Shown: positions 48,453 through 62,400 of the stretch, piece by piece
How positions within the stretch are numbered: the first letter of the stretch is position 1
Layout of the letters: every line of letters begins with the position of its first letter
Source: Malacoraja senta
Taxonomy: Eukaryota
DNA: 64,000 nt
Reading direction: 5' to 3'
Assembly: GCA_038087875.1 (NCBI GenBank)
Contig: CM075991.1
Coordinates: forward strand, 3,286,001 to 3,350,000
Notes under the pieces: generated by a model
What the model saw: the letters and a program-made list of their open reading frames with translations, nothing else
Told to the model about the DNA's origin: nothing
The model's database searches: none
Translations under genes and position numbers: made by a program

Positions 48453-50930
48453 ATAGAAACATGGAAAATAGGTGCAGGAGGAGGCCATTCGGCCCTTCGA
48501 TCCAGCACCGCCATTCATTGTGATCATGGCTGATCGTCCCCTATCAATAACCCGTGCCTGCCTTCTCCCCTCCCTGATTCCACTAGCCCCTAGAGCTCTA
48601 TCAAACTCTCTCTTAAATCCATCCAGTGATTTGGCCTCCACTGCCCTCTGTGGCAGGGAATTCCATAAATTCACAACTCTCTGGGTGAAAAAGTTTTTTC
48701 TCACCTCAGTCTTAAATGACCTCCCCTTTATTCTTAGACTGTGGCCCCTGGTTCTGGACTCGCCCAACAATGGGAACATTTTTCCTGCATCTAGCTTGTC
48801 CAGTCCTTTTATAATTTTATATGTTTCTATAAGATCCCCCCTCATCCTTCTAAACTCCCGTGAATACAAGCCTAGTCTTCTCAATCTTTCCTCCTATGAC
48901 AGTCCCGCCATCCCAGGGATCAATCTCGTGAACCTACGCTGCACTGCCTCAATCACAAGGTTGTCCTTCCTCAAATTAGGAGACCAAAACTGTACACAAT
49001 ACTCCAGATGTGGTCTCACCAGAGCCCTATACAACTGCAGAAGAACCTCTTTACTCCTATACTGAAATCCTCTTGTTATGAAGGCCAACATTCCATTAGC
49101 TTTCTTCACTGCCTCCTGTACCTGTAAGCCAACTTTCAGTGACCGGTGTACAAGGTCGCCCGGGTCTCGCTGCACCTCCCCCTTACCTAACCTAACCCCA
49201 TTGAGATAATACTCTGCCCCCCTTGTTTTTGCTGCCAAAGTGTATAACCTCACAGTTATCTACATTATACTGCATCTGCCATGCATCTGCCCACTCACTC
49301 AACCTGTCCAGGTCACCCTGCAACCTCCTAACATCCTCTTCACACTGCCGCTCAGCTTTGTGTCATCCGGAAACTTGCTAGTGTTGCTTCTAATTCCCTC
49401 TTCCAAATCATTAATATATATGGCAAACTGTTACGGCCCCAACACCGAGCCTTGCGGCACTCCACTCGCCACTGCCTGCCATTCTGAAAAGGACCCGTTC
49501 AATCCTACTCTTTGCTTCCTGTCTGCCAATCAATTTTCTATTCATGTCAACACCCTATCCCCAATACCATGTGCTCTAATTGTATTCACCAGTCTCCCGT
49601 GTTGGACCTTATCAAAGGCTTTCTGAAAGTCTAGATATACTGGCACCCCTTCATCCATTTTACTTGTCACATCCTCAAAAAAATCCAGAAGATTAGTCAC
49701 GCATGATTTCCCTTTCAGAAATCCATGTTGACTTGGACTAATCCTTTTACTGCTATCCAAATGCCCCATTATTACCTCTTTAATAATTGACTCCAGCATC
49801 TTTCCCACCACCGAAGTCAGGCTAACTGGTCTGTAATTCCCCGTTTTCTCTCTCGCTCCTTTCTTGAAAAGTGGGATAACATTAGCTATCCTCCAATCCA
49901 CAGGAACTGATCCTGAATCTATTGAACATTGGAAAATGATTACCGATGCGTCCACTATTTCTAGAGCCACCTCCCTGAGGACCCTGGGATGCAGACCATC
50001 AGGCCCAGGGGATTTATCATCCTTCAGTCCCATTAGTCTACCCAATACTATTTCTCGCCTGATGAAAATTTATTTCCGTTCCTCTACCCCCTTAGATCCT
50101 CTGTCCTCCAGTACATCTGGGAGATTGTTTGTGTCTTCCTTAGTGAAGACAGATCCGAAGTACCTATTCAACTCTTCTGCCATTTCTTTGTTGCCCATAA
50201 TAATTTCACCCGTGTCTGCCTTCAAGGGACCCACATTTGACTTTGCTACTCTTTTTCCCTTAACATATCTAAAGAAGCTTTTACTGTCCTTCTTTATATT
50301 CCTGGCCAGCTTCCCTTCATACATCATCTTTTCAGCCCGTATTGCCCGTTTTGTTTCCTTCTGTTGTCCTATGAAAGTTTCCCAATCCTCTAGCTTCCGG
50401 CTACTCTTTGCTGTGTTATACATATTTTCTTTTAATTTTATTCTATCCCTAACTTCTCTTGTCAGCCACGGTTGCCTCCTACTCCCCTTAGAATCTTTCT
50501 TCTGATTTGGAATGAAATGATCCTGCGTCTTGCGGAATATGCCCTGCATATTGAAATCCCCCATCACCACAGTGGCATTACCTTTTCTACATGCCAGTTT
50601 TAACTCCTGCTGCAACTTACACCCTACATCCGGGCTACTATTTGGGGGTCTGTAAATAACACCAATTAGTGTCTTCTTGCCTTTACAATTCCTCAACTCA
50701 ATCCACAGTGACTCTACCTCGTCAGTCCCTATGTCTTCCCTCGCAAGGGACTGAATTCCATCCCTCACCAGCAGAGCTACCCCCCCCCCTCCTCTGCCCA
50801 CCTGCCTGTCCTTTCTATAGGATGTATAACCCTGAATATTAAGTTCCCAAGCCCAATCCTGCTGCAGCCACGTCTAAGTAATCCCCACAATGTCATATCT
50901 ACCAACCTTTAACTGAGCCTCATGCTCAAG
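48453..50930 (-). mobile_element. Younger CR1, endonuclease to 3' tail, with internal deletions
   Basis: ORFs 50070-50801, 49542-50045, 48894-49253 and 48348-48884 carry EN, RT and C-terminal motifs. Confidence 0.92.
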
Positions 50931-51136
50931 CTCATCAAGCTCTTCTGGTCAGGAATGAAATTCAGTCCTCAGCAAGGGTGGACATAGGATCAGAAGATGT
51001 AGAATCTTTGTAGGTAGAGCTAAGGAACTGCAAGGGCAACAAGAGCCTGATGGAAATTATATCGACTCTGGACAGTAGCCAGGATTGAGGGTACAAATGA
51101 CATCTTGTGATACAAGAAAGGCAGTGTTACAGTGGT

Positions 51137-51615
51137 AGACACAAAATGCTGGAGTTACTCAGCGGGACAGGCAGCATCTCCTGGCGAGAAGGAATGGGTG
51201 ACTTTGAGTCGAGACCCTTCTTCAGACTGATGTCAGAGGAGTGAGCAGTACAAAGATAATATGTAGTCGGAGACAGTAAGACTGGTCGGAGAACTGGGAA
51301 GGGGAGGGGCTGGAGAGAGAAGGAAAGCAAGGGCTATTTGAAATTAGAGAATTCAATGTTCATACCGCTGGGGTGTTAGCTGCCCAAGCAAAATATGATG
51401 TGCTGTTCCTCCAATTTGTGCTGGGCCTCACTCTGACAATGGAGGAGGCCCAGGACAGAAAGGTCTGTGTGGGAATGGGAGGGGGGGTTATAGTGTTTAG
51501 CAACTGGGAGACCAGATAGGTTTAGGCGGACTGAGCGGAGGTATTCAGTGAAACAATCGCCTAGCCTGCACTTGGTCTCGCCGATATGCAGGAGTCCACA
51601 CCTTGGAACAGCAAA
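51137..51615 (-). mobile_element. 5'-truncated Penelope-like element: GIY-YIG C-terminus and 3' terminal repeat
   Basis: RCGLLHIGETKCRLGDCFTEYLRSV..PVAKHYN..KLEEQHIIFCLGS. A 12-bp TSD tgttacagtggt lies at 51125-51136 and 51616-51627. Confidence 0.9.
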
Positions 51616-51939
51616 TGTTACAGTGGTCATGGGAGATTTCAATATGCAGGTAGACTGGGAAATCAGGTTGGTACTGCACCTCAAGGGAGGGAATTTGTAG
51701 AGAGCCTTCGAGATAGCTTCATAGAGCAGCTTGTAGTGGAAAGTAACGGCAATTCTGGATTTGGTGTAGTGTAATGAGCCAGATTTGATCAGGGAGTTTA
51801 AAGTAGAGGTATCCTCACAAGGTAATGAGCATAATATGATAAAATTCAGCCTGCAGTTTGAGAAAGGGAGGATGGAATCCGATGTGTCGGTATTACCGGT
51901 ATATGTCGGTAGCATAATCATGTGGGCGGCTGCGTTGCA

Positions 51940-52245
51940 TAGTGGCGCAGTGGTAGAGGTGCTGCCTCACAGTGTTTTCAATGCTAGAGACCCAGGTTCG
52001 ATCCTGACTATGGGTGCTGTCTGTGTGGAGTTTCTACGTTCTCCCCGTGACCGTAGGTTTCCTCTGAGATCATCGGTTTCCTCCCACACTCCAAAGATGT
52101 ACAGGTTTGTAGGTTAATTGGCTTGGTATAACTGTAATTTGTCCCTATTGTATGTAGGATAGTGTTATGATGCGGTGATCGTTGGTTGGCGAAGACTCGG
52201 CAAGCGTAAGGGCCTGTTTCTGTGCTGTATCACTAAACGAAACCA
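51940..52245 (+). mobile_element. HE1/V-SINE (tRNA-derived)
   Basis: A-box-like tggcgcagtgg, B-box ggttcgatcc, central ggtttcctcccacactccaaaga and a CR1-like tail. Confidence 0.85.
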
Positions 52246-53889
52246 AATTACTGTTGAGTAAAAGCAACTTTAGAGGCATGGGGGAGGAGCTGGCTAAAGT
52301 TGAAAGGGACCCAAACAGGAAAGACGGCGGAGCAACAATGGCGAGAGTTTCTGGCAGTAACTTGGAAGACGCAGAATCTTTTCATCCCTAAGAAAAATAA
52401 AGATTGGGAGAATGAGGCGACAACGGAAGTCAATAGCAGCAGAAATCTAAAAGCGAAGGCACATAATATTTCCAAGATTACATGGAAGCCAGAGGAATGG
52501 GTAGCTTTTAAAAACCAACAGAAGGTAACTAAAAAGGCAATGCAGGGGGAAAAGATGAAATATGAAGGTATGGTAGCCAATAATATAACAGAGGATAGCA
52601 AAGATCTCTTAAGATATGTGAAGAATAAAAAGGATGCAAGGATGGATATTGGACAGTTGAAAATGATGCTGAAGAAGTAGTAATGGGGAATGAAGAAATG
52701 GCAGATGAACTGAATAAGTATTTTGCATCAGTCTTCACAGCCAAAGACACCAGCAATGTGCCGGAAATTCAAGAGAGTTAGTGGACAGAAGTTAGTGGAG
52801 TTGCTATTACTAAAGAGAATATGCTTGGGAAGCTGAAAGGTCTGACATAGATAAGTCACCTGTACCATCTGAATGAGGTCGTTTCAGGGATTGTGGAGGC
52901 ATTAGTGGTAATGTTTAGAATCAATGGAGACAGGAGTCATCCCAGAGGACTGGGAAATTGCAAATGTTTCTCACTGTTCATGAAGGAAGCAAAGTGAAAG
53001 AGAGGAAACTACAGGCTCGTTAGCATAAACTATAGGCTGGTTAGCCTAAACACTCAGTGTTTAGTAAGATTTTAGAGTCCACTAGTTAGAATGAAATTTC
53101 TGAGTACTTAGAGGCATATGATGAAATTGGCAGAGTTCAGCATGGGTTTGTCAAAGGGAGGACTTGCCTGCTGAATCTGTTGGATTCTTTGAGGAATTAA
53201 ATAACAGGATAGACAAAGGAGGATAGTGGATGTTGTTTACCTGGGTTTTCAGAGGACCTTTGATGAGAATGAGATGGTGAGAGCCCATGGTATTAGAGGG
53301 AAGATACTAGCATGGATAGAAGGTTGGCTGAATGACAGAAGGCAAAGAGTGTGAATAAAGGGGGCTTTTCTGGTTGGCAGTCAGTAACCAGTGATGTTCC
53401 ACATGGGCCGGTGTTCGGGCCACTGCTCTTCACGTTGTATATGAATGATTTGTATGAGGGAACTAAAGGCTTTGTGGCCAGGTTTGCAGATGACTGGTGG
53501 AGGGACAGATAGTGTAGAGGAAGCAGAGAGTCTGCAGAAGGACTTCGACAAGTTGGAAGAGTGGGCAAAGAAGTGGCAGATGGAATACAGTGTTGTAAAA
53601 TGTGCAATCATGCACTTTGTTAGTAAAAAAAAAAGCCGTAGACAATTTACTAAATTGGGAGAGGGTTCAGAAGTTGGAGTTGCAGAGGGACTTGTGAGTG
53701 CTGGTGCAAGTTTCCCAAAAGGTTAATTTGCAAATTGAATCGATAGTAAGGAAGGTAAAAAGAATGTTAGCGTTTATTTTGAGAGGATTAGAATATAAAA
53801 TCAAGGATATAATGCTTAGGCATTTTAAAGCACTGGTCAGACTGTATTTGGAAATGGTGCACAGTTTTGGGAACCATGACTGAGGAGGG

Positions 53890-54100
53890 ATTAGTTCAGT
53901 TTAGTTTAGAGATACAGTGCAGAAACAGGCCCCTTCGGCCCACTGGGTCTGCACTGACCAGCGATCCCCGCACATTAACATTATCCTATACCCACTAGGG
54001 ACATTTTTTACATTTACCAAGCCAATTAACCTACATACCTGTACATCTTTGGAGTGTGGGAGGAAACCAAAGATCTCAGAGAAAACCGGTGATCTCCGAT
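53890..54100 (-). mobile_element. HE1/V-SINE 3' part
   Basis: Reverse complement of the V-domain (tctttggagtgtgggaggaaacc) with a (ctaaa)n tail. Confidence 0.8.
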
Positions 54101-54219
54101 GGGGACCACAGTGAAACTTGAAAGACCTGGATAGAGTGGTTATGGAGAGCATGTTTCCATTTCTGGGAGTGTCCAGGTCTAGAGGGTGAAACCTCAGAAC
54201 AAAAGAATGTACCTTTACA

Positions 54220-54750
54220 AGTTCACAAGTTATATGAGTAGAGTTAGGCCATCAGGCCCATCAAGTCCACTCTGCCATTCAATCATGGCTGATCTCTGCC
54301 TCCTAATCCAATTTTCCTGCTTTCTCCCCATAACCCTTGACACCTGTTCTAATCAAGAATTTGCATATCTATGCCTTAGAAATATCCACTGACGGCCTCC
54401 ACAGCCCTCTGTGGCAATAAATTCCACAGATTGACTATCCTCTGACTAAAAAGGTTCCTCCTCATCTCCTTGCTAAATGAGCGTCCTTTAATTCTGAGGC
54501 TATGATCCCTGGTCCTAGACTCTACCACCAGTGGAAACATACTTTCCACATCCACTCTATCTATGCTTTTCATTATTCTGTAAGCTTCAATGAGGTCCCC
54601 CCTTAACCTACTAAACTCCAGCGAGTAGAACCCAGTAATGTGAAACGCTGATCATATGCTAACCCACTCATTCCTGGAAACATTCTTCTAAACCTCTGGA
54701 CCCTCTCCAGAACCAGCACTTCCTCAAAAAATGGGGCCCAAATTTACTCA
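54220..54750 (-). mobile_element. CR1 3' fragment
   Basis: ESRTRDHSLRIKG..VNLWN and 3' UTR. Confidence 0.85.
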
Positions 54751-55909
54751 CAAGTGCATTTGCTTAGAAAGGAGATGAAGAGGAATTTCTTCGGTCGGTG
54801 TGGAGAACCTGTGGAATGCATTGCCACAGAAGGGTATGGAGGCCGTGATTGAGTTTCTTTAAAGCGGAAATGGATAGATTCTTGATTAGTAAGAATATCA
54901 ATGTTTATGGGGCGAAGGCAGGAGAATGCTGTTGAGATGGAAAGATAGACCAGTCATGATTGAATGGCGGAATAGACTCGATGGGCTTAATGGCCTAATC
55001 CTGCTCCAGTGACTTATGAACTCGTGAAATGTCACTATCCATGTTCTCCAGAGATGCTGCTTGACCTGCTGAGTTACTCCAGCACTCTTGTATATTTTTG
55101 TACAAACCATCATCTGCAGTTCCTCGTATCTCCTGGAACGGTTTGCTCGCGCTCCCAAACTTCACTCTGACAGAGGATTCCACATGCACTCTAGCAGCGA
55201 TGCACAGGTGATTTCAGGCCAAATCTCTTCTGCCCTCAACCTGAAATTTAAAACAGATATATTTTCTCTTCTTCTCAGACCTGAAGAAGCAAATTCAAGC
55301 TGAAATGTGAACATTATTGCTGAATCTCGGCAGGGTGCCTCACATTCTGAGCGTTTCCGGCACTTTTCTGTTTATTTCATACTTCCTTGATGTGCAGTTT
55401 TGAATTGATTTTCAAATCCTTTCGAATGAGCATTCAGAATGTTTTCAATTGTCTTCGAAACTAGCGAGAAAACTGAGGATAATTGGGAAATAATCAACAA
55501 AATGCAGTATAATTCATTAATTAATTTTACAAGTATTTGTTGAACCTGTTTTCCAATGGTCAGTAGGATGTGATATTGTGCGTACTGGCAGCCTCTGCTT
55601 CCTTCCATGAAGCCAATTTTCTATCCATTGAGCTGTCCAATGGGATCTAACCTTCCACTGCAGCCCACCATGTGGAACCTTCTCGAATGCCTTACTGGAA
55701 CCCATGTATATAACGCCTACAGCTCTTCCTTCATTGACCTTTTTGATCACGTCCTCAAAAAGCGAAATCAAGTTTGTGAGCCACAACATCCCACGTACAG
55801 AACCAAGTCACAAGAGCAGAATTAGGTGATACTGCCCATCAAGTCTACTCAGCCATTCAATCGTGGCTGATCTATCCCTCTCAACCCTACTATCTTGCCT
55901 TTTCCTTCA

Positions 55910-57350
55910 CTTGCAGGAAGTGAGTGCATGGAAATTTGTCCTAGGTGACTATATTTGGGAAGTGTCTCCAGCTACGATTCCTGATTGACAACATCATGTT
56001 GGCTGAACCCCAGGATGGACTCATCCCGGTGCATCTGTAATGCTGAGAGCATCATAGATAGGAGGTTCAGCGAGGTGAGCACAAACAAGGTGCACCTGGT
56101 GGGAGCTGGGTGACCACCAGGAAAGACAGCAGATAGGTAGAGCAATCAGGATTCCTCTGTGATGATTCCCCTCACTAACAAGTTTATTGGTTCACAAAAA
56201 AGCCACAAAGTGTTGGAGTAACTTAGCTGGCCATGCAGCACCTCTGCAGAACATGGATAAGTGATGTTTTAATGCAGGACCTGAGTCTGAAGAAGAGTCC
56301 TGGTCTGACACGTCACCTATCCACGTCCTCCAGAGATGCTGCCTGACCTGCATAGTTACTCCAGCACTTTGTGTCTTTTTTGAATATCATATTCGGTACA
56401 GTTAGGGGGATAATCGTTCAGAGAGGAGCAGCAGCTACCATGCCTGTGGCACGGTAGCTGGCTTCAATTCACATCAGGGGCAGGTGGAGACGGAGAGCTA
56501 TCGTATTAGGACCCTCGATAGTTAGAGGGACAGCAGAAGATTCTATAGTAGGAAATTAGATACCAGGATGTTACTTTGCCTTTGGGGTGTCACAGTCAAG
56601 GATGTCTCTGAGCGGTTGCAGAAAATACTCAAGTGGAAATGTGAGCTGCCAGAGGTCGTTGGACATATTTTGTTTCAAACGACAAAGGTAGGAAAAGGAA
56701 CAAGGTCCTGCAATGTGAATAAAGGAAATTAGTTTGTTTAGTTTATTGTAACGTGTAGGTTTGGTAAAAAATATCGAGTCAGTGGACACACTGATCCCAC
56801 GGGCAGTAACCTCTGGATTAATTCAGGTGCCAGTGGGAAGAGAGAGAGAAGCACAGGACAGGTGAACACGTGACTGAGGGGCTGGTGTTCAAGTTTTTGG
56901 ACCATTGGCATCTCTTCTGGGGTGACCTGTACAGGAGGGGTGTGTTGCACCTGAGCTAGAGCGGGAGAAATAGCCTGGCAGAGAGATATGCCGAGGCTAC
57001 ATAGGTGGGTCAAATTAGTGTCTCTGGACTATGGGACGCAAATCAGTGGTGAGGCAGATAAGAAGGTTGAGCCAAGTACACGTTCAAGTGGACAAGTTTG
57101 GCAGACAGTTCTTCCAGCTACGTGGCAGGGAACGAGAATGGTCTGTGTGGGTAGGAACTGCAAATGCTGGTTTAAACTGGACAGAGACACAAGATGCTGG
57201 AGTAACTCAGCGGGACATGCAGCATCACTGGAGAGAAGGTCTCCAACGAGAATGGTCTGATGATTTCACCTGCATTTATTTAAATGCCGGACTGATAGAG
57301 GAATTCGGGAATTAGGTTGAAACATGAGGATGGAATACAATAGCTGATTG
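55910..57350 (+). mobile_element. Very old CR1 ORF1 region with Penelope-derived inserts (palindrome at about 56195-56382; about 57145-57245)
   Basis: Degenerate esterase coding sequence (ttttggaccattgg..gacctgtacaggaggggtgtgttgcacctg) ending at an endonuclease start, TCIYLNA. Confidence 0.65.
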
Positions 57351-57553
57351 TGTGGTTCATGGCGACAGGACACGCAGCTCAATGTTCCGGGGCAAAAGCA
57401 ATGGACCTGGAGGTAAGATTCAAGGGGAACTTTTACTGCGGGACCAGGGTGATAATGGCGATAGCATGGTCAGTATCTTCGAAGATGACACTGAAATTGG
57501 AAGGATACATAGTGGCAGATTATTATATCGTTCAAGGAATTGCTCCCTCAAGC

Positions 57554-58427
57554 CATGGACGGAAATCCTCTGGGGCAAACGGGGGGGGGGGGGGGTAGGG
57601 GGGGCACACATCCCCTCCATGTTCTGAGAGGTTGGGGACAATCCCCACCATGTTTTGTAATCCAGATTTTGAAATTCGGTGAAGAAAACCCTATTGAAAT
57701 CACCGCTTTCCGCGAGATAGTCAGGGGTGTCACTGTTAAGCGCTTGTGAAATGTCTCTATTAACATCGTATTAGCACGATGTGTCACCAATTGTGTTTTG
57801 ACCTTCCAAAGCTGTCTGACGTGGGTGCAATTAGCATTTGAACTCATTGGATGTATTGGTGGATGGGAAAGATTTAAACGGGTATCGATTAAACGGTAAG
57901 TCATTCATTCGTTCACTCACGTAATTCAGTATTTTTTTCCCATCTCTCTCACCCCCCTCCAAGGTTGGTTCTTCTGTTTGCCTTTATTTGCCTCCGTTTT
58001 ATTCGTTTCAGTGTTATTTATCACTTTGTAGCTATTGAAAGATTCAAGCAGGTATCAGACGCTTCCTGAGGGCTAAATCGGACCGTTCATGGGGCCTTTC
58101 ATCACCTGGTGTGGCTTAAAATCAAAGTGCTGCATCGAGGCGATCGATGCTCCCGATGTTGAAGCCCCCGCCGGCCGATTTTAAGCCGCGCAGGGCGATG
58201 AAAGGCCCCATGAACTGGCCGATTCAAGCCCCACGATTCGGGGCGGACGAAGCTGCTGTTGCTGGAGTTCGGAGTCGGGCACCAACCAGGTCAGCTCCCG
58301 ATGTTACCGTCCAAAGGGCCCACGGCCAAAGCCTCCGAAGCCTCGTGTGTGTGTGTGTGTGTGTGCATGCGCACGGCTGGCAAGAAATTGTGTCCCCCCA
58401 ATGTTCTGATAGCGATTTCCGCCCCTG
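57554..58427. mobile_element. Non-autonomous hAT DNA transposon
   Basis: TIRs catggacggaaatc / gatttccgcccctg (12/14 inverted match) and an 8-bp TSD cctcaagc / cctctagc (7/8). Confidence 0.75.
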
Positions 58428-60437
58428 CCTCTAGCCACTAGGAGAAAACATGGGGTGAGGAGATAATGTCGTTTACGCATGTGAGCTCTCCACGAGACTT
58501 TCAACGCCGTTGAAAGATAAATTTTCAAACACAGTCTCTTGATTAATAGTTTATTTATTGTCGGAGTAAAACAGTAAGATATTCATCCAGACTGATCAAT
58601 GTTAGAAGGCTCAGCATGTGGCTCTGACCCTTCTCTCGAAAGCTCAGTTTGTCTCCGCATGGCCCCGCATGTTGGAAAGCACTGACCCATGGTCGAAAGA
58701 TATGCCTCTATCCATGCCTCCTCCAAACTAACTAAATAACTGCAAGCTTGACCCACGAATCCCCGCAGCAAACACGCCTCTGACTACATAATAAATCCCA
58801 CCCACATAATTACAGGCAGAGAAAATTTAAAGGCAAATGCCATAATTTATGACACACAAAATTATGCCAAATGGCCACTACATACCGGCCCCTAATTGTT
58901 CTGAGTATATAACGAGGCAATTAGTAATAGACATCAAAAAAGTAGCTACGAAGGCTTAACATATTTCAAAAACAAAAAGTAGTATGCATTATATATCCGC
59001 ATTCAGACTTCTTCAGCAATTCTTCAATCTTCATCTTTGCCTTCTAGAAGCAAGCATAACTTGGTTATTGGTCTTATTAAAACATTGTTTATAGTTTGAA
59101 GTCGCACCGCGCGCACCAAACCCTTAACATCAGGTATGATACCCAGTATATAGTCCAAAACACAAAAGCCCAAATTTATCTTCCTTTCTTTTAAAATCTT
59201 TTTATTCGTTTTTTTCCAAAGCAAAAACAAGACAACAACAAAATAATGATAAACATAACAGTGATATTGATACATAGGGATCAGGATTACATTAATGGCA
59301 GGTATAACCTAAATATTAGTCCAGTGTCAAAATACACATTGAATATAGACCTCTATGTAAATATAGTTAAGTGTTTAAAAGAGAACTTATATGTATAAAA
59401 ACGAAAAGATGAAAAGAAAAAAAATGAAAAAATGAGAAAAAATGAAAAAAACAAAACCGCCCTAAACTAAAGGAAAAGAAAAAAAAAACAGAATCTGGGC
59501 TGCAAAGAGTTTCAACAATTTAAGTCCCTGTTTGTCGTCAAGTCCGTTCCACCGTATAAAGGTAAAATAATTATTATCACAGTTGGAGTGGGGACAATTT
59601 ATGTCGTATGAAAATGTTGAATAAATCTTCCCCAAGTCCTATCAAATTTAACCAAGGGTTGAACAATGTCACTCCCAATTTTTTCTAAATTTAAACATGA
59701 TATCGTTTCAGTGTACCAATAGAGTGTGGACGGCGGATTAGAGTCTTTCCATTTAAATAAAATAGATCTTCTGGCAATTAATGTGGTAAAAGCAATCAGC
59801 CGATGGGCTAACGGGACAGATGAATAGAAGTTAACATTGGTAGCCCAAAAATTGCAGTAATAGGATGAGGTTGTAAATCAATACCTAAAACTGCAGAAAT
59901 AGAATCAAAAATTTATTTCCAATATTTTTCCAAAAGTGGGCAGGACCAAAACATATGAGTCAATGAGGCCACTTCAGAATTACATCTGTCACAGGTAGTA
60001 TTTATATGACCATAAAAATGAGCTAACTTATCTTTTGACATATGAGCTCTGTGAACCACCTTGAATTGTATCAAAGCATGTCTTGCACACATTGAGGAAG
60101 TATTAACTAATTGAAGAATCCTCTCCCATTTCTCTATAGATAAAGAAATTTGAAGTTCTCTTTCCCAGTCATTCTTAATTTTATCAAATGTATCTTTTTT
60201 AAATTTCAAAATCAACTCATAAATAGTTGTTATTAAGCCCTTCTGATAAGGATTCAAAGTAAATTTTTTTCCAAGATATCGGTTCGTTGTGGTAACGGAA
60301 AAAAGGGTAGAGTAGCCCTCAAAAAAGTCTAATGTGTAAATATCTAAAGAAATGTGAGTTATGTAAATTATATTTATTGGAGAGTTGTTCAAAAGACATA
60401 AAACAACCATCTGAAAACAAATCACAAAAAGCTACTA

Positions 60438-61261
60438 TGTGATTGGCCTCATCAGTAACAACGATGAGTCGGCCTATAGGGAGGAGGTCCAGCTCCTAAC
60501 AGCATGGTGCGCTGACAACAACCTGGCCCTTAACTCCAAGAAGACCAAGGAGCTCATTGTAGACTTCAGGAAGTCTAGGGGCGGCACGCACACCCCCATC
60601 CACATTAACGGGACGGAGGTGGAACGTGTTTCCAGCTTCAGGTTCCTGGGGGTCAACATCTCCGATGACCTCTCTTGGACCCACAATACCTCAACTCTGG
60701 TCAAGAAGGCTCACCAGCGTCTCTTCTTCCTGAGGAGACTAAAGAAGATCCATCTGTCTCCTCAGATTCTGGTGAACTTCTACCGCTGCCCCATCGAGAG
60801 CATCCTTACCAACTGTATCACAGTATGGTATGGCAACTGCTCTGTCTCGGACCGGAAAGCACTGCAGAGGGTGGTGAAAATTGCCCAACGCATCACCGGT
60901 TCCTCACTCCCCTCCATTGAGTCTGTCCAAAGCAAGCGTTGTCTGCGAAGGGCGCTCAGCATCACCAAGGACTGCTCTCACCCCAACCACAGACTGTTTA
61001 CCCTCCTACCATCCGGGAGGCGCTACAGGTCTCTCCGTTGTCGTACCAGCAGGTTCAGGAACAGCTTCTTCCCTGCGGCTGTTACACTACTCAACACTGT
61101 ACCTCGGTGACTGCCAATCACCCCCCCCCCCCCCTCCCCGGGCACTCCTCCCACCAGGATTATCATATTTATGTCGCTCTTCTAGGGAGATGCTAACTGC
61201 ATTTCGTTGTCTCTGTACTGTACACTGCACAATGACAATAAAGTTGAATCTGAATCTGAAT
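60438..61261 (+). mobile_element. Young Rex1/Babar LINE 3' fragment
   Basis: Open ORF GLISNNDESAYREEV..WCADNNLALN..KTKELIVDFRK..SFFPAAV with a (tgaatc)n tail. ctacta is duplicated at 60432-60437 and 61262-61267. Confidence 0.9.
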
Positions 61262-62400
61262 CTACTAATCCCTCTTCCATAACAGAAAGGCTTGATCAGT
61301 ACTAGAAGGTTAGATATGATAGGACTCGATAATGTAAAATCATTCAATCCAAAAACGTATGAAATTGAAACCATATTCGGAGTGTATGTCTTATTATTGG
61401 GTTAGTCATATATTTATTCAATCTCGTAATTGTAAAAGGTAACGAGGCCCCTAGAATAGAAGCCAATGATAGCCCTTGCATAGAATCACGTTCAAGATTT
61501 ATCCATCCTGGACATTGGGTATCTTCTAAATCTTTTGTCCAAAACGTTAGATAGCGAGCATGAACTAAGGTTCGGCAGTGCCAAACCACCATCTTTTTTT
61601 GATTTCTGTAAGTATTTTTTACATAATCTGGAATTTGAAACTGTAAAGGACTTAAAGGACAGCCCTGTCTAGTACCTCGAAAGAGCCTGAAAAAAGGGCA
61701 AACTGCTGTCCTCTCGAAAACTTAAAAAATCGTTGATTGTCGTCTTGCCTTACACGAGTTTCCTGAACAAAGATAATCTGAGCATTTAGTCTATGAAGAA
61801 CTTTAAAAAAAATCCTCTTAATGGGATGGATCAAACCATTCACATTCCATGAAAGGAAGTTAATAACTTTATCCATATTATTTGTAAATATTATGTGGAA
61901 TGTAAAGGGTTAATTTCTTAAAGCATAATAGTTCATGATACTGGAAGGAGAAAAATCTAAGGCGGAGCCAGAAGTGACGACATTTCAGACATTTTTGTAG
62001 TTCAAATTGTGCCCAGATAGAAAAAACGAAGCTAGAAGTGAAAGACCCCACCCATGCAAAGCCCGAAACTGACCAGTAGACAGTCAGTACGCAACCTAAT
62101 CCCTTCCCTACCGCCATCTCTCCTAATGACAGCACCCAACGTAAAAATAAGGCATATTTACCACTCAATAGCCAAAACAAAATTAATGTTATGGTTAAGA
62201 AGTGCATGTTAACTGTGGAACACAAGAGCTACTTCATATTATTTATCCAAGGTCAAAATATGAAAAACAAGAACTGCTTCACTTTGTTTGTCTAAAGACA
62301 GGGGGGGGGGGAATTCCTTCAATTTAAAAAATAGAAAAGCTAAGAAAGAAGATATTAAAAATTAATACATAATACCATTACATTAAATTAACAGTATCTT

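Larger units (their letters stand above)
47970..55020 (+). mobile_element. Old, nearly complete CR1 ORF2 fragmented by at least five younger insertions
   Basis: Collinear pieces: EN start at about 48250-48452, then 50940-51136, 51616-51895, 52245-53890, 54110-54220 and 54760-55020 (3' UTR). Confidence 0.8.

Noticed and set aside
51940..52010. tRNA-like A and B boxes
   Set aside because: This is the head of an HE1/V-SINE, not a tRNA cloverleaf.
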